Shown piece by piece: positions 15,181 to 27,407 of a stretch of 64,000 bases of DNA (the stretch's first letter is position 1; each line of letters begins with the position of its first letter). This DNA comes from the human T2T-CHM13v2.0 reference genome, Homo sapiens. The notes below the pieces were generated by a model that searched no databases, was not told the origin of the DNA, and saw only the letters and a program-made list of their open reading frames with translations. The stretch lies in assembly GCF_009914755.1 (NCBI RefSeq), contig NC_060945.1, one strand, 5' to 3'. Position numbers and translations under genes: made by a program.

Positions 15181-17734
15181 AAAACTTAGTACTACTTTCA
15201 TTGTAAAGACAGATAAACTGAGGCACCATGCAGTTTAAAATTTTATGTTCACATAGTGTTAGACTCCACAGCTCTCTCTTTTAACCATCCTGTAATTCTG
15301 CTAACTCTATGTCCGTCACTGATTCACTTGTATGGTAGCTCGTGGGCCCCTTAGAGCTTGGAACCTGGGTTTCATTTCCTGCTCTACAGCTATATAATTT
15401 AACAATTTTCCTCTGGATTTGTTGGCTTCTAACGCTATATATCCCAAATTTTATTAGTATTACTGAATATTAACGGAGGCTGTGATATCTTTAGTCTGTA
15501 GAAATATTAAACAACCTACGAAGGACTATATGAGGTTAAATAGTATTAATATTTCTTTATGCTTTAAAACATTGAGGCAATATATTGAGAAACACACCTA
15601 AGAAACAGCAACCAATCCATTCTGGACCAAAATTTAGACACTATCTCTTCAATATAAGCTATCTAGTGGCATTTTTACATATCCTTACACATATCAACAG
15701 TATTTTACATGCTCATAACCTTAAAAATAAAAAGTGTCAAAATTATAGACCTTACGCATTCCTGTGGGCTTGAAAAATGATACAATATAGATTGTTTCTT
15801 TAAAGTAGTCAATAAAATGCATAAACTTCTAGAGTACTCACTAAAAAAAAAGATTTCATACCAAAGGTAGTAATACCAGAAATAAAAAAGGGCTCAACAC
15901 TGCAGGTTCTTGAAGGCAAAAGTTAATAAAGACTTTGTTTTGGTTGTGAATCTTGGCCTTAAAACATTATACACATGATCCTCCCTTCCTTTTCCTGTTG
16001 CAAAGATGTGATGAACCAGATTTGCTCATGCAGATGACAATACTCTTGAAAATGGTGGCAGAGAAATAAAATGAAAGGAATACAGTTCACTTAATGAGCT
16101 CATAAATTGGAACTAATTACCCCCCTGACTCTTGCATAGCTCTAGACTATGTGAGAGAGATGAAATGGCTGTTTGCTAGCAATATTTTATTTGATGCTTC
16201 ATTTTTGATTCCTTGAATAACTACTTACAACACATTAACAGGATCATGAAAAGCATAGCTATTCAAGTAACCAAATAATTATGCAATCAATGTTTTTCCT
16301 CATCTCTAAAGCATAGTAATGGACTGATTATTTTAAGAATACAACTCGGTGACAAGTAGTTTATGTTTAACTCAGTTTTGGTTTGTTGTTTGTTAAGGCC
16401 ATTGCTTAGGATAATGAAAACAAGAGGAGGAGAAACAAGAATATAAACAAGAAATAGAAGCAGCAGCATAAGAAAATGAAGAGGAACAAGAAGATGATGA
16501 TTAGAAGAAGAAAAAACAGACTGAAAGAAAGGAAGAAGAACAGGTGTGGGAATTAGAAAGCCTATTATGATACCTTATTTCCCCTCCTGATTTATGAAAT
16601 TTGAAAAAATTTCAAGACTTTTCACAACAAAACCAAGCTAAAAGATACACCAATAGTCATCCCCTAAATAAGAATAAGACAATGTTGCCACTCACACCTG
16701 GCCCAGGCACCAGCAGGAGGAGGGCACCTCCAGATTCTGCAAGAGAAGGAGGAGGACTCCTCCTTGCCATGGCTGGGCCTCCACTGCTGTCACCTCAGCC
16801 CGCGGTACAGCACCCACAGCTGCCTCCCCACTTCAGGCCAGGCTGGGCCCGGTGGGCTCCACAGCATTCCCACTCCCACTTCTCGGATCCCAGACTTGCT
16901 GCTGCTGCGACCACTAACACCAACACCAACATGACCACTGCTGCTGTTGCCCTCAATGCATGGGCCCACCCTACAAGCCTCCTACCACCTGGCCCCCGCA
17001 GACACTCTCCTACCACTCCACCACTCCGGTCAAGCTGCAGTCTCTGTCTCTGCCACCAACTGCAGCAAGGGGAGCCACAGAACCATGCCATCTGCAGGCT
17101 CCAGCCTCCAGCGTGCAACAGATGACTCCTCCAGCTCCTGGCTTGAAGCATCTGGGTGGTAAAAGCCAGATGTGCCTAGAACAGGATGGAAGGAGTGGTA
17201 GTGTTAGAGGTTCACCTTGTCATGCTGGTCACTGGGTGGCAGGAGCTGGTTTCGGCAAAGGCACAACTAGGACCTGGGGTGGGTGTGACTGCCTTTGCTG
17301 AAACCGGCCTCTGGCTAGGTCCAGCTGGCCAGGAACTGCTGGGCCCACCCTGGCTGCACTCCTTGGTGAGCAGGAGAAGCAGAAACTCAGACCCAGCCAG
17401 CTCTCTCCAACCAAGTGCCAGTTCCTGTTTCTGATGCCTCCACCCACAGGGCCCTGTTCCCCCGTGATACCCACTACTCCGTGCCCAGGAGTCCCAGATT
17501 GTCTCTGCAACACAGTGAGAGGGTGCAGGCCCGGGAACCATGGCGGGTGTGGGGGCCTTACCGTGCTCAGGATTCCCAAGGAAACATTGTGCACCTGCCA
17601 CGCTCCAGCACGAGCAAACAGAGGCTGCCCTCTAGAATCCAGAGTCTGGGAAGAGGAGGACGGCCCCTTCCTTGGAGGCCACAGCTATCGCTGCCACCTC
17701 CGTAGCCCATTGCCAGAAGCAGCAGTGCAGTGCA

Positions 17735-18110
17735 AACCCCAATAGTGCCCCCCCACTGGCATGCCACAGGGCATGTAAACCTGATAGTGCCCCCAAACTG
17801 CCCCACTGCCTCCAGCAGTGCAGCCAGGGATAGTGCCCCCAACCAGCCCTTGCTGGGGGTAGTGACAGCCCAGATAGTGCCCCCAACCTGCCCCCCTGCC
17901 ATGACAGTGCAGGAGCTGATAGCACCCCTAACCCTCCCCCCAGCTGCTGGTCAGCCCCCTGTAGCACACACAACCACCCTCACCACCAGGCAGTATAGCC
18001 CCCACCAACTCCGCCAACCATACCCCTGATACCCTTACCGGCAATGTGACCTTGATATTGCTCCTATCCATGGTAGTGCATCCCTGGATAGCTCACCTAC
18101 CCTGCCACCT
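17735..18110. repeat. Degenerate ~44-bp tandem repeat
   Basis: GATAGTGCCCCC-like anchor at ~17742, 17783, 17829, 17873 and 17918, with decayed copies to ~18100. Confidence 0.8.
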
Positions 18111-18244
18111 TTCTACCATGCTGGCCAAGCTGCAACCTCCGTCACCTCCACCAACCGCAGTGAGGTGAGCCTAGATGCCACAGGATCAAGCCTCCAGCTC
18201 GGGGTACATGGCTCCCACTTCCTGTTCTCTAAGCTGAGCTCCCA

Positions 18245-18400
18245 GCTTCGATTCTGATTGGATGAGAGCAAGTCTTAGGACAACCAATCACAGCATGAAA
18301 ATAAAGTCCAATCAGAATAGGCCTAGAAGTTTTCTCTCATCCAATCAGAATATGTAGTCCAGGAACCTCATTTGCATAACCTCACATCTAAAGGATGCAG
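18245..18400. promoter_or_regulatory. CCAAT-box cluster plus octamer (histone H2A/H2B-like promoter grammar)
   Basis: ATTGG 18257-18261; CCAAT at 18284, 18308 and 18341; octamer ATTTGCAT 18370-18377. Motifs are seen directly; activity is unproven. Confidence 0.45.
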
Positions 18401-18589
18401 AAGGGGCGTCAGGCCATTCCAGACTCGTGTGTGGCTGCTTGCGCAGCTGCTCCGTGCCAGGCTTGGAGGACCAGGAGAAGGGGTAGTCACTTGCCACAGC
18501 TGGAGGCTGGAGCGTGTGGCACCACGGCTCGCCTCGCTGTGGTGGGCGCTGGCGGCAGAGACGGCAGCTCGGCTGGACTGGTAGGAGGG

Positions 18590-20063
18590 GGTAAATAGTT
18601 TTTGGGTAGATGGAGGGATAAAGAGGGTGGTTAGCGGCAAAGGGAAAAGAGGATGGCAAACAGGAGAAGGCATTGCAAAAAGACGCTGGGGAAAAGATGG
18701 TTGAAAAAAGTTTTTGGGTAGCTGGGGGGTAAAAAAGGGTGGCATGTAGAAGGAGGAAAGACAGGGTGGTGGGGGGGGGAAAACGGGGACAAGTAGGAAG
18801 GAGAGAAGGTTTACAAAAAGACGGTGGGGAGAAACACGGTGAAGACAACAGAAAGACATTGGGGAAAGAAAAGATGTGTAAAAAGATTTTGGGTAGATGG
18901 AGGTGGGAAAGGGTGGCACGCGGGAGGAAGAAAGAGGGTGCAGAGAGTGGGGGGAAGAGAGAGAAGGTGGTGAGCAGAAGGGAGAGAAGATTTTGTGAAA
19001 AGTCGATGGGGACAAGATGGTGGGGAAATATTTTTTTTCAGTAGAGAAAAAAAGGGTGGTGAGCAGGAGAAGAAAAAAGGGTGGCGAGTAGGAGGAAGGA
19101 GAAGGTTTTGCAAAAAGACGGTGGGAAGAAAAGACAGTGGGGAGAAAAAACTGTGGGAGAAGTTTTTGGGTAGATGGAGGAGAGAAAGGGTGGCAAGCGG
19201 GAGAGTGGAAGGACGATTGGGAAAACGACGATGGAAAAATAGTTTTGGGGTAAATGGAGGGCGACAGGAAGGTGGCATGTAAGAGGAGGGGCAGGAATGG
19301 GGAAAAGAGGGTGGTGAGCAGAAGGCTTTGCGAAGAGATGGTGAGGGGGGAAAGACAGTGAGGAAGAAAGTTTTTGGGTAGATGGAGGGGGTAAAGAGGG
19401 TGGTGAGCAGGAGGGACAAAAGAGGGTGGCAAGTAGAGGGAGACAAGGTTTTGCCAAAAGACCGTAAGGAAAAGACAGTGGGGAGAGAAAAGTTTTTCGG
19501 TACATGGAGGGGGAAAAGAGAGTGGCAAGCGGGAGAACGAAAAAGAGGATGGCGAGTGGGAGGGAGACAAGGTTTTGTGAAAAAGATGGGTAGAAAAGAC
19601 AGATGATGGGGAAAGAAAAGATAGACGGTGGGTAAAATGTGGGTAGATGCAGCGGGAAAAGAGGGTGGCAATTGGGAGGATAAAAGAGGGTGGCGAGAGG
19701 GAGGAGGGAAAGAGTTGGGAAAAAGACGATGGGGAAAATAGTTTTGGGGTAGATGGAGGGCAAAAGGAGGATGGTAAGGATAGAGGAAAGAAGAGGGCGT
19801 TTTTGGGTAGATGGAGGTTGGAAAAGCGGGTGGCGAGCAGCAGGAATGGGGAGAAGGCTTTGGGAAAATATGAGGGAAAAGTTTTTGGGTAGATGGTTGG
19901 CGAAAAGGGTGGTGAGCAGGAGAGTAGAGAAGGCTTTGCGAAATGACAGTGGGGAAAAATAGTGGGAGAAATGTTTTGGGGTAGATGAAGAGAAAGGGTG
20001 GCGAGAGGGAGGGGGCCAAAGGTGGTTGAGAAAAGAAGGTGGGGGACAAAGTTTTTGGGTAGA
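18590..20063. repeat. Purine-strand (GA-rich) satellite with GTTTTTGGGTAGATGGAGG anchor
   Basis: About 14 anchor copies (~18598, 18711, 18887, 19035, 19162, 19242, 19370, 19492, 19638, 19741, 19798, 19881, 19973, 20051); + strand almost devoid of C. Confidence 0.9.
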
Positions 20064-20785
20064 ACTTTTTCTGAGTTTTAAATCAAATTATTTGTATTTT
20101 TGCTTTGAGTAGTTTTAGTTTTTTATATATTTTTTGTTGTGTTAACCCCTTGCCTGATGCATAGTTTGCAAATACTTTCTTCGGTTCTCTGGATTGTTTC
20201 TTCATTCTATTGATTGTTTTCGCTACTTTGCAGAAGCGTTTAAGTTTAATGCAACTGCATTTTGTCTATTTTTGCTTTTTGTTGCTTGTGTTTTTGATGT
20301 GTATTTGAAAATCCCTTGTAACCAATTTCACGAGGCATTTTCCTATGTTTTCTTCTCTAGTAGTTTCATAGTTTCATGTCCTACATTTAAATCTTTATTT
20401 TCAGTAGATGATAAGATAACAGCCTACATGTATTGTGGGTGTTGGATTTTCCTAGCAGTTTATTGAAGAGATTGTCCTTCCCGAATGTGTGTTTTTGGTG
20501 CCTTTGTTAAAAGAGTTGACTGTAAAAGCTTGAATTTATTTTTGAGTTCTCTATTCTGTTTCATTTGTCTATGTCTGTCAGTCATTGGTCTGTGTATCTC
20601 TGTCTCTCTCTCGCTCTGTCTGTCCCCTACCTATTTTTTTTCTTTTGCCACTACCATGCTGTTTTGGTTACTAGGTTTGTGGTATATTTTGAAATCAGGT
20701 AGTGTGATGCCGCCAGCTTTTTTCTTTTTATTCAAGATTCTTTTGTCTATCTGAGGTATTTTGCATTTCCATGTGAATTTTAGGA

Positions 20786-21083
20786 TTTTTTTTTTTTTTT
20801 TTTGAGACGGAGTCTCGTTCTGTCGCCCAGGCTGGAGTGCATTGGCGCGATCTAGGCTCACTGAAGGCACTGCTTCCTGAGTTCAGGCAATTCTCCTGCC
20901 TCAGCCTCCTGAGTAGCTGGGATTACAGGCGTGCGCCACCATGCCCAGCTAATTTTTGTGTGTGTAGTAGAGACAGGGTTACACCATGTTGTTCAGGCTG
21001 GTCTCAAATTCCTGACCACGTGATCCAGGCGCTTTGGCCTCCCAAAGTGCTGGGATTACAAGCATGAGCCACCATGCCTGGCC
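20786..21083 (-). mobile_element. Alu SINE
   Basis: Poly(T) plus reverse Alu dimer inside L1. Confidence 0.95.
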
Positions 21084-21946
21084 GTTTTTTTTTTTCCTAT
21101 ATCTATGAAGAATCTCTTTCCTAATTTAACATGGATTCCATTGATTCTGTAGATCACATAGGGTGATACAGATATTTTAACGATATTCTTCTAGTGCTTG
21201 GACATGGGATATCTTTACATTTACTTGTGTCTGCTTTAATATATTTCGTCTATGTTTTATAATTTTAATTGTGGGATCTTTCGCCTTTTTGTTAAGCTTA
21301 TCTCTAGGTATCTTTTTTGGGGGGCATTGGGTAACTACTGCAATGAAATAGCTTTCTTGATTTCTTTCTTAGGTGTTTCACTATTGGTACATGGGTGTGC
21401 TACTCATTTTTATATATTGATATTGTATCTTGCAACTTTATGAAATGTGTTTATTATTTCTAGTAGGTTTTTTTGTGGAATCTTTAGGGTTCTGCATATG
21501 TGTATGATTATGTCACCTGCAAACAGAGACAATTTGACTCCCTTTATTTCCATTTTGGATGCCTTTTATTGCATTCTCCTATCTAATTCCTCTAGCTAGG
21601 ACTTCTAGTACTGTGATGAATACAAGTGGTAAAAGTAGCCACACTTGTTCCAGATCTTAGAAGAAGAGCTTTTAACTTTTCCCCATTGATTATGATGTTA
21701 GCTGTGGATTTGTCATATATGAACTTTATTGTGCTGAGATTAGTTCTACTGTTGAGGCCCTCTCATGCATTTTTCAGTTCATCAGTTGCATTTTTCAGCT
21801 TTGAGGTTTCTGTCATCTTCTTAAATTACTTCTATCTCTTTGTTAAATTTCTTTGATAAGTTTCTGAATTACTTCTCTATATTTGATTTTCATTGAGTAT
21901 CCTCAAAACAGCCATTTTTACTTCCCTGTCTGGAGAGTCTCACATC

Positions 21947-22248
21947 TTTTTTTTTTTTTTTTTTGTGAGATGGAGTCTTATTCCATCACCCAGCCTGGAG
22001 TACAGAGGCACAATCTTGGCTCACTGCAACCTCTGCCTCCCACGTTCAAGAAATTATCCTGTCTCAGCCTCCCAAATAGCTGGGACTACAGGCACCTGCC
22101 ACCACACCCAGCTAATTTTTGTATTTTTAGTAAAGACAGGGTTTCACCTTGTTGGTCAGGCTGGTTTCGAACTCCTGACCTCAGGTAATCCACCCACCTC
22201 AGCCTCCCAAAGTTCTGGGATTACAGGTGTGAGCCACCACACCCAGTT
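21947..22248 (-). mobile_element. Alu SINE
   Basis: Reverse Alu with TSD GAGTCTCACATCTTT (21935-21949 and 22249-22263). Confidence 0.95.
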
Positions 22249-23749
22249 GAGTCTCACATCTTTAGCTTTGGTCACTGGTGACTTATTTATTGTTGTTATT
22301 TATTTCCTTGAATGTTCTTAACGCTTTTGAGCATATGTTCATGCCTGGGAGTTGAATAAGTGTGTATTTATTCCACTTTTTGCAGTCTGTTCTTGTGTGT
22401 GCTTGTCCTTCTTCAGTCTTCCAGAAATTCCAAGAAATTCAAGACTGTTGAGTTCCCCAAGCCTGTGGTCACTGCAACTGTTACAGCACCAGAGGGCACC
22501 TTAAGCTCAGGTTCACCATGACTTTTGCAGACTGAGGTCCCTGGTGGCCGTGACACACTTGGAGAAGATAAGGGAGGGGTTCCCTGGGTTCCCAGACAAA
22601 GTTCTTCTTTCACGTCCATCTTCTTCCCCTTGCAAAGAATCTGGGCACCAGACTTTGTGAATCTGGGCACTCTCATGTGATTTGGGCACTCTCATGGCCA
22701 CTGCAGCTGGCGCAACACACCTGAAGCCCACAGCCTCCCAGACCAGAGCAGCACTGGGGTTTATCTGAGTCCTGTGGCCACTATATTGCCTGACTGCTGC
22801 TGACTTATTTAGGTTTCTAAGCCAGGTTAGTCTGCTGGTGATGAAGCTGGCCTGGGTTTGGGTCCATCCCGCCAGGGTGGCAGAATCCCTTCTCCCTGCA
22901 GGGGGGTCTGTAGGTGTCTGGGAGCTCCTGCCTAGGATCAGGGCCACAGTATTCTGCCTGATGCTGTGTCCACTGTGGTAGGGCTGACACCGGGTTCTCC
23001 TCTTTCTTGCATAGAGAAGGAATTCTCTCTGCACTGCACTGCCTGGAGTTGGGATTGGGGTAACACAGGCAGCCCTGTGGCCACTGCAGCTGATGTCACA
23101 TAGGAAGCCCACAGCCTCCCAGACCAGCACATCGTTGGTTGTTGGAGCTCACCCAAGGACCAAAGTGACTCTGGCCTGCCTGCCACTGAAATTTATCTGG
23201 GGCCTGAGGCCACTTGAATCAGCTGGTGGTGAAGCAAGTCAGGACTCAGGTTTGTCCCACCAGGGTAGTGGATTCCCTTTTAGACCAAGTTGTGTCTAAA
23301 TGCTGTATCTATGGGCACTAGCCTGGAACGAAAGGCCATGGGGTTCTGCCCAGTGCTGTCCTTTACTATAGCAGAGCTGCCACTGGGCTCCAAGGCAAAG
23401 TCCCACAGACCCTTCCTTGTCCCTCCTGCAAGAGGTGGACACATTCTCTGCACTGCACTGCCTGGGGTTGAGGGAGGGGCAGTGCAGTCACTGCAAGACT
23501 GTCTTTTCACCCTCTTTAATGTGTGTTCTCTTGTTTTTAAGCTAAAACCAGGTTCTGTGATCTGTCACCTGCTTTCTTTAGCTCTTGTGAAGGTATTATC
23601 TTGTTTGGATTGTTGGACGGTGGTTCAATTTAATATTCCTGCAGAGACACAGTCACTGAGATTCTTTCCTCCATCTCGCTCCACCTCTTCTCATTTATTT
23701 AGTTCTTCTTCAGTTTATTTCAACAATGCTTTGGAGGTTTCAGAGTATT

Positions 23750-25312
<1,563 letters not shown>

Positions 25313-26489
25313 AGCTTAACTCTAAGGAAATGTTTATCTTTAGGAACATTGTATTTGGTTAATTAAAATTTTAGATTCTGGAGCATCAACTGTTCTCCTA
25401 CATGAAAATAAAAGCATGAATTGGGAAATAATGGGTTCCCCAATTTTTTTGTGGGGGGAACAAAACAACTATCCATGTACATACAGTTTTTGGTTCCCCA
25501 GATCATTGAGCCAACTTGGCCAAAATAAGTAATCCCTCATTCCTTATCTCAAGAAGGTGGTCTTGCCTTGCTTGGAGATGTTAAAATGAATTCACTGGAT
25601 GTAGTCACTTTTAAGACTATTAGTTTACTTCATGTCCCATTTTCAGCCAGTTACTGTACCTGGAATAATAGAATCAAATTGTGTCATGCACAGGTAAATA
25701 AGTAAATTCTGTCATTTAATATCTAAATTATGTATATATATTTACATATACCTATATTTTACTTGTAATTCGATGAAGATAAGGCTTTGTATGTATGCTC
25801 TGTGTAAAATATGCTGTCTATATTCTCATGATTACAAAGAATAGTTTGAGTAATGGAATGTATTTGAATTTTACATATGTCTTTCATTTACTAGCAGAAA
25901 TAAAATCTTAGCCTTGATTTAGTAAATTCCTCCATTTAAAATAAGATGTTACTTTAGCAGAAACAAAATTTATCTTAATGGGATAATAATTCACTAGTTT
26001 ACCTCTGATGAGCATCAGCTAATATTTAATCTATTGTGAAATTACACAGCATCAAAATAAAATATAATACAGTTAGTTAAAATAGAAAAATTATCTTATT
26101 GATTAATTTAGACATCAGAAGTTAGATTATAAAATCAAGGTATTTTTTGTGTTTGTTTTGTTTTTAGTATATTAGCATATACTACCAAACGTGAACCATA
26201 GTAAAAGCTGTTCAGTAACACTTACCATTCCATTTTCAAATAACCCGAGTTTATGTGTCAGGTTGAAAAGCTTTTAGATGAGTGGTTTATGTTACTGTAT
26301 GTATCCAAATATTTGTATATCATGTAGACAGCCCAAGAACATATGCACGTATGTTAGCTATTGCATAGAATGGTAAAGAATACATTCTTAAAAGAAAGAA
26401 GAGAGTAAGATACATTCACTTAATGTTCCAAATAGGTCTCTAGTATCTCAAATGTACTATTCACCCATTACTTTCAAACATTATATCAG

Positions 26490-26789
26490 GGCCAGGCACC
26501 ATGGCTCATGCCTGTAATCTCAGCCCTTTGGGAAATTGACGTGGGTGGATCACTTGAGGCCAAGAGTTCCAGGCCAGCCTGGTCAACATGGCAAACACCT
26601 GTCTTGACTAAAAAAAAAAAAAAAAAAAACTAGGCACGGTGGCACCCCCCTGTAATACCAGTTACTTGGGATGTTGAGGCACCGGAATCATTTGAACCTG
26701 GGAGGCAGGGGTTGCAGTGAGCTGAGATCATATTACTGACTCCAGCCTGGGCAACAGAGCAAGACTCTGTCTCAAAAAAACAAAACCAA
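26490..26789 (+). mobile_element. Alu SINE (older, AluJ/S-like)
   Basis: Alu dimer with TSD AAACATTATATCA (26476-26488 and 26790-26802). Confidence 0.93.
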
Positions 26790-27407
26790 AAACATTATAT
26801 CATGGTATGTGATTAATCTGAATTCAAAACATCTTAACATAAACTAAATGAAAATTATACAAAATTTTGCTTGTTTTATTGCATTCTCCTAATTCCTCTA
26901 GCATCTATTTAATTCTATTTGTTTTGAATTTACCAACAATTTCACATCTTGCTGAGAATATTTGCACTGATAAATATTTTTGTGATTATTGATTATATTC
27001 AAATGCACTCTCATTTTCAAAGCAACATGTATAAAATTATTATTAAAATTGTACATAGCTTGAAATAATGTAATTGTCATGGGATACATTTATATATCAT
27101 AATTAAAAGCACATTACAATGCTTGTACCTGATCTTAATATTACTTAACCTTAGAAATATAGAATAAATGATAGGAATAATATGGGAGACAAAAGACTGT
27201 GTGAAAAGCCACATATTGTATATCTCTATTGTGTTTATTAAACTTTTTTTCCCACTGCACTTACAAGTAAATTTGTCATGGACCATGGTAATTTTTATTG
27301 TAATCTTACTGTAGGTACATTCTGTTAGCAGGTTAAATAAAATACATGATCAAAGTCAAAAATATATGCAAGGAAAATATAGAAAATTTAAGTTATAAAA
27401 AGCTACT

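Larger units (their letters stand above)
16690..18590. repeat. GC-rich pericentromeric repeat cassette (REP522-like, partly palindromic)
   Basis: A ~130-bp module occurs at ~17010-17150 (+), ~18109-18240 (+) and ~18455-18587 (-), sharing AGCCTCCAGC and AGCTGC. The REP522 name is from memory and unverified. Confidence 0.55.
20064..23700 (-). mobile_element. Old L1M: ORF2 fragments then GC-richer 5' UTR-like region, interrupted by two Alus
   Basis: Antisense ORF2 remnant [13 protein letters not shown] (20631-20870); 22400-23700 has L1M 5'-end character with internal duplication. Confidence 0.7.

Noticed and set aside
16601-18029. Many overlapping 70-170 aa ORFs
   Set aside because: Expected in GC-rich repeat DNA with few stop codons; no recognisable protein family.
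17735-18110. Repeat-spacer pattern resembling a CRISPR array
   Set aside because: Eukaryotic DNA, spacers are mutually similar, anchors are degenerate, and there are no cas genes.
18345-20049. 400- and 412-aa Pro/Ser/Phe/Leu-rich ORFs, the longest in the window
   Set aside because: Artefact of the pyrimidine-rich strand of the GA satellite, which rarely forms stops; several frames are open.
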